From the NCBI GenBank assembly GCA_965248355.1, contig OZ252098.1, positions 2,720,001 through 2,784,000 on the forward strand: a stretch of 64,000 nucleotides of DNA. The letters are read 5' to 3'. Every line of letters begins with the position of its first letter. Positions within the stretch are counted from its first letter, which is position 1. The DNA is from Candidatus Latescibacterota bacterium (lineage in GTDB: Bacteria; Latescibacterota; UBA2968; UBA8231). The position numbers and the translations under genes are program-made. Of the stretch, positions 13,907 to 23,469 are shown piece after piece. The notes below the pieces were generated by a model. That model was not told the DNA's origin. It saw nothing but the letters and a program-made list of their open reading frames with translations, and ran no database searches.

Positions 13907-14830
13907 GTGAACCCTGCAGAACAAATCGCCGAGATCACATGGGAAAGGATCAAACAGTCGCGCGACGTGAGAGTCAGGTTGGGCGAGGAGACCCTTAGCG
14001 ACCTACTCATTCTGGATTTCGTACGTCTGATGGGGAATCGTACCAAGCTATTTCAAAGCACCAAGATTCAGGAGGCGAGGCGAGGTACGGATCTGGAGAT
14101 CCGGATTCACAAGGGTGGCAATCGTGCCATCGCGATTGTCGTGCAAGCCAAGAAACTGTATCCATCGCAGAGGTATGATGATCTCAACGCCAAGGTGAAA
14201 TCGTCCCGCTGCTTTCAGATAGATGTACTTGAACGGTATGCCCGGAGTATGTGCGCCATCCCACTATACCTTCTGTACAACTACGTGGATCTCCCCGACC
14301 TGCAATCACACTGGCATTGCTGTAAGCCCCTCGATCAAAGACAACTGGGTTGTACCCTGGTGCCGAGCTGGAACATCCGCCGGGCGATTGAAACTCACGG
14401 ATGTAGGAAGTTCGACTGGATTCATGAATCGTCGGCTGCATTGCCTTGGCGGTGCCTTTTTGACTGCCCGCAGGGCCGTGAGTACCGATTACTACCCTCG
14501 GCTGAGCGCAGCCTGTCGATATTTCTTGGCAAGTTCCTTGCACAAGCGGATGAGACGCAGGACTATGATCTGGTCCGCTCGGGCAATGAGCAAACCTATG
14601 ACTGGGTACGGTTTGAACCGGTTGATGGTGGCGGGCCGGATTGGCTGTGGTCCCGGGATGATGCAACGCTATCGGATGATGATGTTCGGAGACTACAGCA
14701 GGAGATACGACGAGGGGAGAGATCGCTCAGGCCTTGGGAGGGTTCTGACTCAAAGGTGCGGCGCGGGCGAAGTGCTTCGCCCTCGTCTGTTCCCCGTCAT
14801 TCTCTATTGGTCAAGGAGGAGGCAGAGTGA
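13907..14830 (+). CDS. DUF6615-like PD-(D/E)xK nuclease-fold protein
   Basis: GTG at 13907 after GGAGA; GEETLSD, E.RRGTDLE, VVQAKKL, PLYLLYN motifs. Confidence 0.65.
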   Translation: MNPAEQIAEITWERIKQSRDVRVRLGEETLSDLLILDFVRLMGNRTKLFQSTKIQEARRGTDLEIRIHKGGNRAIAIVVQAKKLYPSQRYDDLNAKVKSSRCFQIDVLERYARSMCAIPLYLLYNYVDLPDLQSHWHCCKPLDQRQLGCTLVPSWNIRRAIETHGCRKFDWIHESSAALPWRCLFDCPQGREYRLLPSAERSLSIFLGKFLAQADETQDYDLVRSGNEQTYDWVRFEPVDGGGPDWLWSRDDATLSDDDVRRLQQEIRRGERSLRPWEGSDSKVRRGRSASPSSVPRHSLLVKEEAE

Positions 14831-16053
14831 CGGATACGGACCTCTCCCGCAGGCTCCGCCTCGGTGAGGACTCCGTCTTGGAGTTCAAGCGTGTCCTGCT
14901 GTCCGGCAGCCGCGTCACCAGCCCGAATCGGAACGAGTTCGCCGACGAACTTGCCGCCTTCGCCAACGGCCGTGGCGGGACCTGCGTCCTTGGGGTGGAC
15001 GACGATACCCACGAGGTTCTGGGTATCGGCTTCGAATCCCTGGATGCAGTCGAGACCTGGGTCCGCGAAATCTGCAACGACTCGGTAACGCCCGCCCTCG
15101 ACGCGGACATCCTGAAGCTTGAACTGCCCGACGCCGCGGGGGGGCTGCTCCCGGTCCTGCGCATCGATGTGCCGCGCAGCCTCTTCGTCCACCGGAGTCC
15201 GGGCGGATACTTCCGCAGGATCGGCAGTTCGAAGCGCGAGATGTCCCCCGAGGTGCTGGCGCGGCTCTTCCAGGAGCGCAGCCAGAGCCGCATGATCCGC
15301 TTCGATGAATCGCCGGTACCCCGCACCGGGCCGGGCGATCTCGACTTTGCCCTGACGCGCCGGTTCCTTCGGGAGGATTCCCCGGAGAGCCTCGATGAGG
15401 AGGCGGCGCGCAAGCTTGGTCTGGTCGCGGATGACGAGAACGGGGAGGCGCGCCTCACTCTTGCCGGCGTCCTCCTTTGTACGCGGGAGCCGCGACGGTG
15501 GCTTCCCCACGCCTGCATACAGGCCGTCAGCTACGCGGGTGAGCGCACCGACGCTGACTATCAGACCGACGCCCGCGACATCGGGGGGCCGCTGGACGAG
15601 CAGGTTGCAGACGCACTGCACTTCGTGCAGCGGAACATGCTCGTGCGGGCGACCAAGACCACGGCCCGGATCGAGCGCCCGCAGTTCAGCGAGCGGGCTG
15701 TCTTCGAGGCCTTGGTGAACGCCGTGGCTCACCGCGACTACTCGGTGGCGGAAGCGCGGATCCGCCTGCATCTGTTCGGAGACCGCCTCGAGCTCTACGT
15801 TCCCGGTGCCCTGGCGAATACGCTCGCGCCGGACAGCCTGCACCTGCGGCAGGCCAGCCGCAACGAACTCATCGTCTCCCTGTTGGCTCGCTGCCGCGCC
15901 CCGGAGGGACTCGGACGGACGCACCTGATGGACCGGCGCGGCGACGGCGTGCCGATCATCCGGGATGAGTGCCGACGGCTTTCGGGGAGCCTCCCCGAGT
16001 ACAGCCTGATCGACGACAGCGAGCTGCGGTTGGTGATCCAGGCGGCGGCCTAG
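14827..16053 (+). CDS. Schlafen/AlbA_2 domain plus HATPase_c_4-type ATP-binding protein
   Basis: GEDSVLEFK, AFANGRGG..VLGVDD, EALVNAVAHRDY, RN..I...L, MDRRGDGV. Confidence 0.85.
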   Translation: MTDTDLSRRLRLGEDSVLEFKRVLLSGSRVTSPNRNEFADELAAFANGRGGTCVLGVDDDTHEVLGIGFESLDAVETWVREICNDSVTPALDADILKLELPDAAGGLLPVLRIDVPRSLFVHRSPGGYFRRIGSSKREMSPEVLARLFQERSQSRMIRFDESPVPRTGPGDLDFALTRRFLREDSPESLDEEAARKLGLVADDENGEARLTLAGVLLCTREPRRWLPHACIQAVSYAGERTDADYQTDARDIGGPLDEQVADALHFVQRNMLVRATKTTARIERPQFSERAVFEALVNAVAHRDYSVAEARIRLHLFGDRLELYVPGALANTLAPDSLHLRQASRNELIVSLLARCRAPEGLGRTHLMDRRGDGVPIIRDECRRLSGSLPEYSLIDDSELRLVIQAAA

Positions 16054-16055
16054 AC

Positions 16056-16751
16056 GTGCATGACTTGAAGCGAATCGTCTGTCTGGCCAACTCCCGGAAG
16101 CTGGCGGGGCGGTGTATCGCCGGCCGGGAGTGCATCGAGGGTCAGGGGGCCGGCCCTTGGATCCGGCCTGTGAGCGCGCGCGAGAACCAGGAAGTGTCCG
16201 AGTACGAGCGTCAGTACGAGGACGGCAGCGATCCCCGGGTCCTCGACGTCATCGACGTCCCGGTCCTGGCGCCGCAGCCGCCGCAGCCGCCGCAGGAATA
16301 TCAGACGGAGAACTGGTTGCTCGATCCCGGCTTCTACTGGGAGAAGGCCGGCGTCTTCCCGCGGCGTGAGATGCCCGAGCTGCTGGATCCCGTCGCCCCG
16401 CTATGGATTGACAGCCAGAGCACCTACCACGGTCTGAACGACAGGATCTGGCTCGAATCGGCGGACTCGGTATCCGATTCATTGAGACTGATCCATGTCG
16501 AGCGGCTGAGCCTTGAGGTATTCAAGCCCGGTGAAGCCTTCGGAAATTCCAAGCGCCGCGTACAGGGTCAATTCACCCACAGGAGTACGAAGTATGGACT
16601 CTGGGTCACCGATCCCAGATACGAACGGGAGTACCTGGCAAAGCTGGATGGCACCTATGAGATCGGTGAATGCTATCTCACGATCAGCCTGGGGGAACCA
16701 TTCGAGGGGTGGTGCTACAAGCTGATCGCTGCGATCATTCGGGCGGAATAG
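16056..16751 (+). CDS. Dual OB-fold domain protein
   Basis: KRIVCLANSRKLAGRCIAG, WIRPVS, QTENW, VTDP, LTISLGEPF..WCYKLIAAII; adjacent to DUF488 genes. Confidence 0.75.
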   Translation: MHDLKRIVCLANSRKLAGRCIAGRECIEGQGAGPWIRPVSARENQEVSEYERQYEDGSDPRVLDVIDVPVLAPQPPQPPQEYQTENWLLDPGFYWEKAGVFPRREMPELLDPVAPLWIDSQSTYHGLNDRIWLESADSVSDSLRLIHVERLSLEVFKPGEAFGNSKRRVQGQFTHRSTKYGLWVTDPRYEREYLAKLDGTYEIGECYLTISLGEPFEGWCYKLIAAIIRAE

Positions 16752-16761
16752 CGGGAACCTC

Positions 16762-17397
16762 ATGAGCGCCGCCCGCCATCCCGTTCTCACCATCGGCCAT
16801 TCCAACCACGCCCTGGACACCTTCATCGCGCTCCTGCAACGGCACGGCGTCACGGCCCTGGCCGATGTCCGTTCGGCGCCCTACAGCCGCTTCCATTCCC
16901 AGTTCAACCGGGAATCGTTGGCCGGAAGTCTGGAGAGAGAGGGGATCGAGTACGTCCATCTGGGTCAGGCCCTGGGTGGCCGCTCCGACGACCCTGCCTG
17001 CTACGAGGACGGGCGCGTCCGCTATGACCGTGTCGCGGGAACGGAGACGTTCCGGCAGGGCCTGGCGCGCGTGGTTCAGGGCGCCGACGATCACCGCATC
17101 GCGCTCCTGTGCGCGGAACGGGAGCCTCTCGAATGCCACCGCACCCTCCTCGTGGCCCGGGCCTTGCACGAGCGCGGCATCAAGGTCGCCCATATCCACG
17201 CCGATGGGAGGCTGGAGTCCCACGACGAGGCGATGGAGCGGTTGCTTCAACTCTTCAATCTGGATCCGGACGGGGATCTGTTCCGTTCGGCGCAACCACG
17301 GGAAGAGCTGGTCGCCGAGGCCATCGCGCTGCAGGCGAGACGCGTCGCCTTTGTGGACAGGAACCTGGCCGCCGCTTCGGGGGAATCGAACCCATGA
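16762..17397 (+). CDS. DUF488 family protein
   Basis: TIGHSNH, LADVRSAPYSR, LGGR, LLCAEREPLECHR. Confidence 0.9.
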   Translation: MSAARHPVLTIGHSNHALDTFIALLQRHGVTALADVRSAPYSRFHSQFNRESLAGSLEREGIEYVHLGQALGGRSDDPACYEDGRVRYDRVAGTETFRQGLARVVQGADDHRIALLCAEREPLECHRTLLVARALHERGIKVAHIHADGRLESHDEAMERLLQLFNLDPDGDLFRSAQPREELVAEAIALQARRVAFVDRNLAAASGESNP

Positions 17398-17831
17398 AGG
17401 TCTCCACCATCGGCTTCACCAGGAAGCCGGCCTCTCGGTTCTTCGACTTGCTGCGCGGGTCGGGCGCCAGGCGCGTCGTCGACGTGCGGCTCAACAATGG
17501 GTCGCAACTGGCCGGCTTCGCCAAGAAGGAGGACCTCGCCTTCTTTCTCGGGGAGTTGTGCGGGATGGAGTACGTTCACCTGCCCGCGCTGGCGCCGACG
17601 AAGGAGATGCTGGACGACTACAAGAAGCGGAAGGGAGACTGGAAGACCTATGAGGACCGCTTCCTCGCCCTCATGAGCCAGCGGCGGATCGAGGAGACGG
17701 TCCCCAGGGAGATCGTCGCCGACGGCTGCCTGTTGTGCAGCGAGGACAAGCCGCACCACTGCCACCGCCGGCTGGTTGCCGAATACCTGAAGCAGCATTG
17801 GGGCGAAGTGGAGATCGTCCATCTCGGATAG
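17394..17831 (+). CDS. DUF488 family protein (second, short type)
   Basis: ATG at 17394 overlapping upstream stop; TIGFT, DVRLNN.SQLAGFAK, LLCSEDKPHHCHRRLVAEYL. Confidence 0.9.
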   Translation: MKVSTIGFTRKPASRFFDLLRGSGARRVVDVRLNNGSQLAGFAKKEDLAFFLGELCGMEYVHLPALAPTKEMLDDYKKRKGDWKTYEDRFLALMSQRRIEETVPREIVADGCLLCSEDKPHHCHRRLVAEYLKQHWGEVEIVHLG

Positions 17832-17838
17832 GAAAGCC

Positions 17839-19017
17839 ATGCGAATTGAGCAGATCGAAATCCGGAATTACCGCGCCTTCCGCGACGTGAGGCTGACCAA
17901 CCTGCCGTCATTGACCGTAATCGTTGGAGCCAACGGCTCGGGCAAGTCGACACTCTTCGACGTGTTCTCCTTTCTGAAGGACGCGCTGGCCCAGAATGTC
18001 GCCACTGCCGTGGCGCGCCGCGGCGGCTTCCGCGAGTTGACCAGCCGCGGTGAGAAGGGGCCGGTGGGAATCACAGTCAAATTTCGGGAGAGCGGCGGGC
18101 GCCTGGCTTCGTACATACTTGAAGTGGCGTGCGACGAGAACCGGGTCGTCGTTGCCCGAGAAGTCTTGCGCTATCGCAGAGGCAAGGGGGCAGGTCGCCC
18201 CTGGCATTTCGTCGACTTCTCTCGTGGAAGGGGAACGGCGATCACGAATGAGTCTGTCTATGGTCAGGAAGGGGCAGTCGAGGAGCGGGAAGAATACGAG
18301 CTTGACGATCCAAGCATTCTGGCGATCAAGGGCTTGGGTCAGTTCCGCGAGTTTCGAGTCGTCTCGGAGTTTCGCGGGCTCATCGAGAACTGGCACGTCT
18401 CCAACTTCCACATCACCGATGCGCGGCCGATCGCCGAAGCCGGTTATGCCGAACACCTGTCCACCCGGGGAGACAACGTCGCACAGGTGGCCCAATACCT
18501 CTACGAGAACCATGCCGACCGTTTCGAGCGCGTGCTGGAGGCCATGAGGCGGCGCGTCCCCGGCGTGAGCGGCGTTGAACCCAGACCGACGGAGGACGGA
18601 CGTCTCGTCTTGCGCTTTCGGGACGGCAGCTTCAAGGACCCCTTCATCGCCCGCGATGTCTCGGACGGCACGATCAAGATGTTCGCCTACCTGGTGTTGC
18701 TGTACGATCCCAAGCCCCATCCCCTGCTGGCGGTGGAGGAGCCCGAAAATCAGCTCTATCCCGAATTGCTGGCAGAGTTGGCGGAGGAGTTTCGGGACTA
18801 TGCCCGGCGCGGGGGTCAGGTCTTCGTCTCGACGCACTCGCCCGACTTTCTGAACGGGTTGGGGCTGGAAGAGATCTACTGGCTGATCAAGAAGGATGGC
18901 TTCACCACCGTGCGGCGGGCGTCCGACAGCGAGTTGCTGGGCGGCCTCGTGGCAGAGGGAGACCTGCCGGGCGCCCTCTGGAAACAAGGGCTCTTCGAGG
19001 GCGTTGGATTCCGATGA
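17839..19017 (+). CDS. ABC-type ATPase (AAA_21-like)
   Basis: GANGSGKST, VSDGT signature, VEEPENQL, VSTHS. Confidence 0.9.
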   Translation: MRIEQIEIRNYRAFRDVRLTNLPSLTVIVGANGSGKSTLFDVFSFLKDALAQNVATAVARRGGFRELTSRGEKGPVGITVKFRESGGRLASYILEVACDENRVVVAREVLRYRRGKGAGRPWHFVDFSRGRGTAITNESVYGQEGAVEEREEYELDDPSILAIKGLGQFREFRVVSEFRGLIENWHVSNFHITDARPIAEAGYAEHLSTRGDNVAQVAQYLYENHADRFERVLEAMRRRVPGVSGVEPRPTEDGRLVLRFRDGSFKDPFIARDVSDGTIKMFAYLVLLYDPKPHPLLAVEEPENQLYPELLAELAEEFRDYARRGGQVFVSTHSPDFLNGLGLEEIYWLIKKDGFTTVRRASDSELLGGLVAEGDLPGALWKQGLFEGVGFR

Positions 19018-19587
19018 GCCGAATCGTGTTCCTGCTGGAGGAAGACTCGATGAAGGTCCTGCTGGAAGGCTTGTTGCCGAGGTTGTTTCCGGGACTGTCT
19101 TTTTCTGTGCCTGTCTCACGAGGGCAAGCAGGACTTGGAGAAGAGCATCCCGCGCAAACTGAAGGCTTGGCGCGAGCCTGGGGTGCGTTTCGTCGTGGTG
19201 CGGGATCAGGACGGCGGGGACTGCCGGCGGGTGAAGGCACGCCTTGTCCAACTGTGCCGGAGGACGAGGCGGCGGGACGTGCTTGTCCGGGTGGTCTGTC
19301 GGGAGTTGGAAGCGTGGTACGTCGGCGAGCCGGATGCCCTCGCGCGGGCTTTCCCTGAAGTACGGCAAAGCGCGCTGCGAGAGCTGGTCCGCAGCCGGTA
19401 CCTGAACCCCGATGTTGTCGTACGGCCTTCCGATGCCATTGCCAAGGTGATCCCGGGGTTCCAGAAGAGGTCCGGCGCGAGACGCATGGCTGAGGTTCTA
19501 TCGCGCAACAACCGCTCGCGCAGCTTTCAGGTGTTCGTCGAAGGAATCGAAGGTCTGTACACCTCCACGCAAACCGCGATTGGATAG
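19014..19587 (+). CDS. DUF4276-like TOPRIM-fold protein, frameshift in T-run at ~19100-19104
   Basis: IVFLLEEDSM in one frame; HEGKQDLEKSIPRKL, VRDQD, ELEAWY, NRSRSFQ in the next frame. Confidence 0.8.
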
Positions 19588-19592
19588 CGACG

Positions 19593-22500
19593 ATGGCCAT
19601 GACCAACCACGAGCGCGTCGGCAAGGCGATGGAGTGGCTTCGCCAAGGACTGGCGCCGTTCGTCGAACGTGAGCTGAACGACAAGGTCAAGTCCAACACG
19701 ATCCACATGGATGTCCTTCGGCGCGTTGAGACCGACAAGCCGTTCCGCAAGTGGGACGCGGCGGCTCTCCTCAAGCTGATGTGGGACACGTGGAACGAGG
19801 TCTTCCGCGACACCCTCGGCCCCGCGGAGCGCAGCCTGGTGTCGGAGTTGCGGGACTGGCGTAACAAGTGGGCGCACCAGGAGCGCCTCTCCAGTGACGA
19901 CGCTGACCGCGCCCTCGACTCGGTGGAGCGGCTGCTGACCGCGGTCTCGGCGCCGCAGGCGGCCGAAGCGGCCAAGCTGAAGCTGGAGTTGCGCCGCCTG
20001 GTGATCGACGAGCAGGTGCGCGGCGAGCAGCGCCGGGTCGCCGGCGGACTGGTCGAGGCGGTGAGCGAGGGCGGGTTGAAACCGTGGCGCGAGGTGATCA
20101 CGCCCCACGCCGACGTGGCCAGCGGCCGATACCAGCAGGCGGAGTTCGCCGCGGACCTGTGGCAGGTGAAGCTGGGCGAGGGCGCGGAGGAGTACCGCGA
20201 CCCCGGGGAGTTCTTCCGGCGCACCTTCCTGACCGGGAGCCTCCGGGGGTTGCTGGCCGGGGCCGCCCGGCGCCTCGCCGGCCAGGGCGGCGATCCCGTG
20301 GTGCAGTTGCAAACCAACTTCGGCGGCGGCAAGACGCACTCCATGCTGGCCCTGTATCACCTGTTCTCCGGGATCCCGGCGCGGGAGCTGTCCGGCATGG
20401 ACGAGGTGCTGGGGGAGGCGGGTGTCGACATCCCCCAGGAGATCCGGCGCGTGGTGCTGGTTGGCAACCGCATCTCGCCGGGGAACCCGGTGACCAAGGA
20501 TGACGGGACAGAGGTGCGCACCTTGTGGGGTGAGCTGGCCTGGCAGCTCGGCGGCCGGCAGGCCTTCGAGCGGGTGCGGGCCGACGACGAGCGGGCCACC
20601 AGCCCCGGCGACGCCCTGCGGGAGCTGCTCAACGAGCACGGCCCCTGCTTGGTGCTGATCGACGAGTGGGTCTCCTACGCGCGCCAACTGCACGACGGCG
20701 CCGACCTGCCGGCGGGCAGCTTCGAGACCCAGTTCACCTTCGCCCAGGCGCTGACCGAGTCGGTGAAGGTGACGGGCAACTGTCTGCTGGTGATCTCGCT
20801 GCCGGCATCCGACACCTCCGACTCGGGGTCCCCCCACACCGAGGCGGACGATGCCGAGGTGGGGGGGCTTCGGGGGCGCGGCGCCCTGGACCGGCTGCGC
20901 AACGTGCTGGGCCGGGTCGACGCGCCGTGGAAGCCGGCCAGCGCCGAGGAGAGCTTCGAGATCGTGCGCCGGCGGCTGTTCGAGCCTCTGGCCGGGGGAG
21001 ACGCCTTCAAGCATCGCGATCTGACGGCCCGCGCCTTCGGGGAGCTGTACCGGCAACAGCGGGTGGAGTTTCCCGCCGAGTGCCGAACCGCCGATTACGA
21101 GCGCCGCCTCCAGGCCGCCTACCCCATCCATCCCGAGATCTTCGATCGCCTCTACACGGACTGGTCCTCCCTCGCCCGGTTCCAGCGCACCCGCGGCGTG
21201 CTGCGGCTCATGGCGGCGGTGATCCACAGCCTGTGGGAGCGGGGGGACCGCAATCCGCTGCTGCTGCCCTCCACCATCCCCATCGACGACGACCGCGTGC
21301 GCAACGAGTTGACCCGCTACCTGTCCGACAACTGGACGCCGGTCATCGACAAGGACGTGGACGGCCCGGGCTCCCTGCCGGTGGCCATCGACGGGAGGGC
21401 GCCCAACCTCGGCAAGCTCTCGGCCACGAGGCGGGTGGCGCGCACCGTCTACCTCGGCTCCGCCCCCATGACCGCGGCAGCCCACCGCGGGATCGACGAC
21501 GGCCGGGTCAAGCTCGGCTGCGTCATGCCGGGGGAATCCCCGGCCGTCTTCGGCGACGCCCTGCGCCGGCTGGCCGCGGAGGCCACCTACCTCTACCAGG
21601 ACGGCCCCCGGCAGTGGTACTCCACGCAGCCCACGGTGACCAAGCTGGCGGAGGACCGCGCCGAGCAGATGGCGCGCAACCCCGACGCCGTGGCCATGGA
21701 GCTGGAGGAGCGGCTGAAGAAGGACCTGCGCGCCTCCGGGGACTTCGGGCGCATCCACGCCCTTCCCAGCTCGGGCGCGGACGTGCCGGACGACCTCGAC
21801 GCCCGGTTGGTGGTGCTCTCGGCGGAGCACCCCTGTTCCCGGGAGCCTGACAATGCGGCGGAGGTCGCTGCCCGGGAGATCCTGGAGACTCGCGGCAACA
21901 CGCCCCGGCTGTTCCGCAACACGTTGATGTTCCTGGCGGTGGACCGGGTGCGCTATCAGGACCTGGACGAGGCCCTGCGCCGGTACCTGGCGTGGGATTC
22001 GATCCTGGAGGAGAAGGAGGAGCTGAACCTGGACCCGCATCAGACCCGCCAGGCCCAGACACAGTTGAAGGCGGCCGACGACGCGGTCACCGCGCGAGTG
22101 CCGGAGGCTTACCAGTGGCTGCTGGTGCCGGGGCAGGAGAAGCCCGACTCCGCCGTCGCTTGGCAGGCCATCCGTCTGTCCGGGGCGGGCCCCCTGGCGG
22201 AACGGGCGAGCCGGCGGCTGCGCAACGAGGAGTTGCTGGTCACGGGCCTCGGGCCGACGATCCTGCGCAAGCACCTCGACGACGTGCCCCTGTGGCGCGG
22301 CGAGCACGTGGAGGTGCGGCAGCTCGTGGACGACTTCGGCCGTTACCTGTACCTGCCCCGCCTCGGTGGGCCCCAGGTGCTGATGCGCGCGATCCAGGAC
22401 GGCGTGGCCCAGCTCACTTGGGCAACGGACGCCTTCGCCCTCGGCGAGAGCTATGACGAGTCGGCGGGTAGGTACCCCGGCCTGCGGGGGGGCCGTACGG

Positions 22501-22913
22501 TCGAGGTCTTACCCGAGAGCGCAGAGCTGGTCGTGAAGCCGGAGGTGGCCCGCCGGCAACTGGACGCGGAGACGAAGCCTCCGGCCCCGACATCGGAACC
22601 TGTGCCGACTCCCGGCGGTGAGGGGGACTCGCAAGCAGATGAGGATCCGACCAAGCCACCGGCTCCCCCGGAGAAGAAGGCGCGGCGCTATCACGGCACC
22701 GTGACCCTGGACACCGGGCGCGTGGGGCGCGACGCCGGCCGCATTGCCGAGGAGGTGGTGGCCCACCTCTCCGGGTTGGTGGGCGCCCAGGTGACGGTTA
22801 CCCTGGAGATCGATGCCGAGATCCCGGAAGGCGCGCCGAACCACGTGGTGCGCACGGTGACCGAGAACAGCCGCACGCTGAAGTTCGAGAACCATGAGTT
22901 CGAGGAGTCGTGA
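19593..22913 (+). CDS. Swt1-like HEPN plus DUF499 AAA+ ATPase
   Basis: N-terminal RNKWAH (Rx4H); LKPWREVITPH.DV, EFAADL, QTNFGGGKTH, VLIDEW, AYPIHPE, FQRTRGVLRLMA. Confidence 0.9.
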   Translation: MAMTNHERVGKAMEWLRQGLAPFVERELNDKVKSNTIHMDVLRRVETDKPFRKWDAAALLKLMWDTWNEVFRDTLGPAERSLVSELRDWRNKWAHQERLSSDDADRALDSVERLLTAVSAPQAAEAAKLKLELRRLVIDEQVRGEQRRVAGGLVEAVSEGGLKPWREVITPHADVASGRYQQAEFAADLWQVKLGEGAEEYRDPGEFFRRTFLTGSLRGLLAGAARRLAGQGGDPVVQLQTNFGGGKTHSMLALYHLFSGIPARELSGMDEVLGEAGVDIPQEIRRVVLVGNRISPGNPVTKDDGTEVRTLWGELAWQLGGRQAFERVRADDERATSPGDALRELLNEHGPCLVLIDEWVSYARQLHDGADLPAGSFETQFTFAQALTESVKVTGNCLLVISLPASDTSDSGSPHTEADDAEVGGLRGRGALDRLRNVLGRVDAPWKPASAEESFEIVRRRLFEPLAGGDAFKHRDLTARAFGELYRQQRVEFPAECRTADYERRLQAAYPIHPEIFDRLYTDWSSLARFQRTRGVLRLMAAVIHSLWERGDRNPLLLPSTIPIDDDRVRNELTRYLSDNWTPVIDKDVDGPGSLPVAIDGRAPNLGKLSATRRVARTVYLGSAPMTAAAHRGIDDGRVKLGCVMPGESPAVFGDALRRLAAEATYLYQDGPRQWYSTQPTVTKLAEDRAEQMARNPDAVAMELEERLKKDLRASGDFGRIHALPSSGADVPDDLDARLVVLSAEHPCSREPDNAAEVAAREILETRGNTPRLFRNTLMFLAVDRVRYQDLDEALRRYLAWDSILEEKEELNLDPHQTRQAQTQLKAADDAVTARVPEAYQWLLVPGQEKPDSAVAWQAIRLSGAGPLAERASRRLRNEELLVTGLGPTILRKHLDDVPLWRGEHVEVRQLVDDFGRYLYLPRLGGPQVLMRAIQDGVAQLTWATDAFALGESYDESAGRYPGLRGGRTVEVLPESAELVVKPEVARRQLDAETKPPAPTSEPVPTPGGEGDSQADEDPTKPPAPPEKKARRYHGTVTLDTGRVGRDAGRIAEEVVAHLSGLVGAQVTVTLEIDAEIPEGAPNHVVRTVTENSRTLKFENHEFEES

Positions 22914-23062
22914 GTACGGATACCCCAAGCTGGCGGCCCCGTCTATTGGTCTGAACACTTGGTCTCGGGGATGTTGCCTCGGTTGTCGAGGAAAAGCGCC
23001 GGAGGGGGCTGGTCGCTGTCGATGCGGGTCCCGCTCGCAGACACAGCGAGGGACCATGCAGG

Positions 23063-23171
23063 ACCCAGGAGGACTCGAACATATTCCCTAAATGATTGAT
23101 TTATTGTGATTTAGGACTCCGTTGTTGGGTCCTTACCCACGAGATTGCCCACCCTGGAGAGGGGACCCCCC
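23063..23171 (-). repeat. 109-bp inverted repeat, left copy (att arm plus 18 bp of tRNA core, inverted)
   Basis: Reverse complement of 26080-26188 with 2 mismatches. Confidence 0.95.
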
Positions 23172-23297
23172 TATTTGCTCCTCGAAGGCGCCGGGGTCGC
23201 GCGGCCTCGGAGGGGAAGGGTGGATGCTCCACTCGCCGAGCCCGCGCACCCCTGCACCCCGTTGACACGGAACCCCCTTAGCGATCAAACGTCTCTA

Positions 23298-23448
23298 TGG
23301 AGCCGGGCTCCTATTCCCTTCCGGCGTTGTGATCGCCCCTCCGGGTCTTCTCCTCCCGGGGGGGGCGGTCTTTTTGGGAAGGTGCCGGGTTTCGCGGTGG
23401 TTGTGTGCGGCAAGGGCCCGGCTCCAGCGAGGAGCCGGGGAACCCCGG
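23298..23448 (+). promoter_or_regulatory. Structured leader with intrinsic terminator-like hairpin and alternative stems
   Basis: TTGACA at 23262; 13-bp stem 23298-23310/23414-23426; hairpin 23331-23370 followed by TTTTT; competing hairpin 23417-23439. Confidence 0.5.
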
Positions 23449-23469
23449 AGAGGGGAAAAGCGCGATCCG

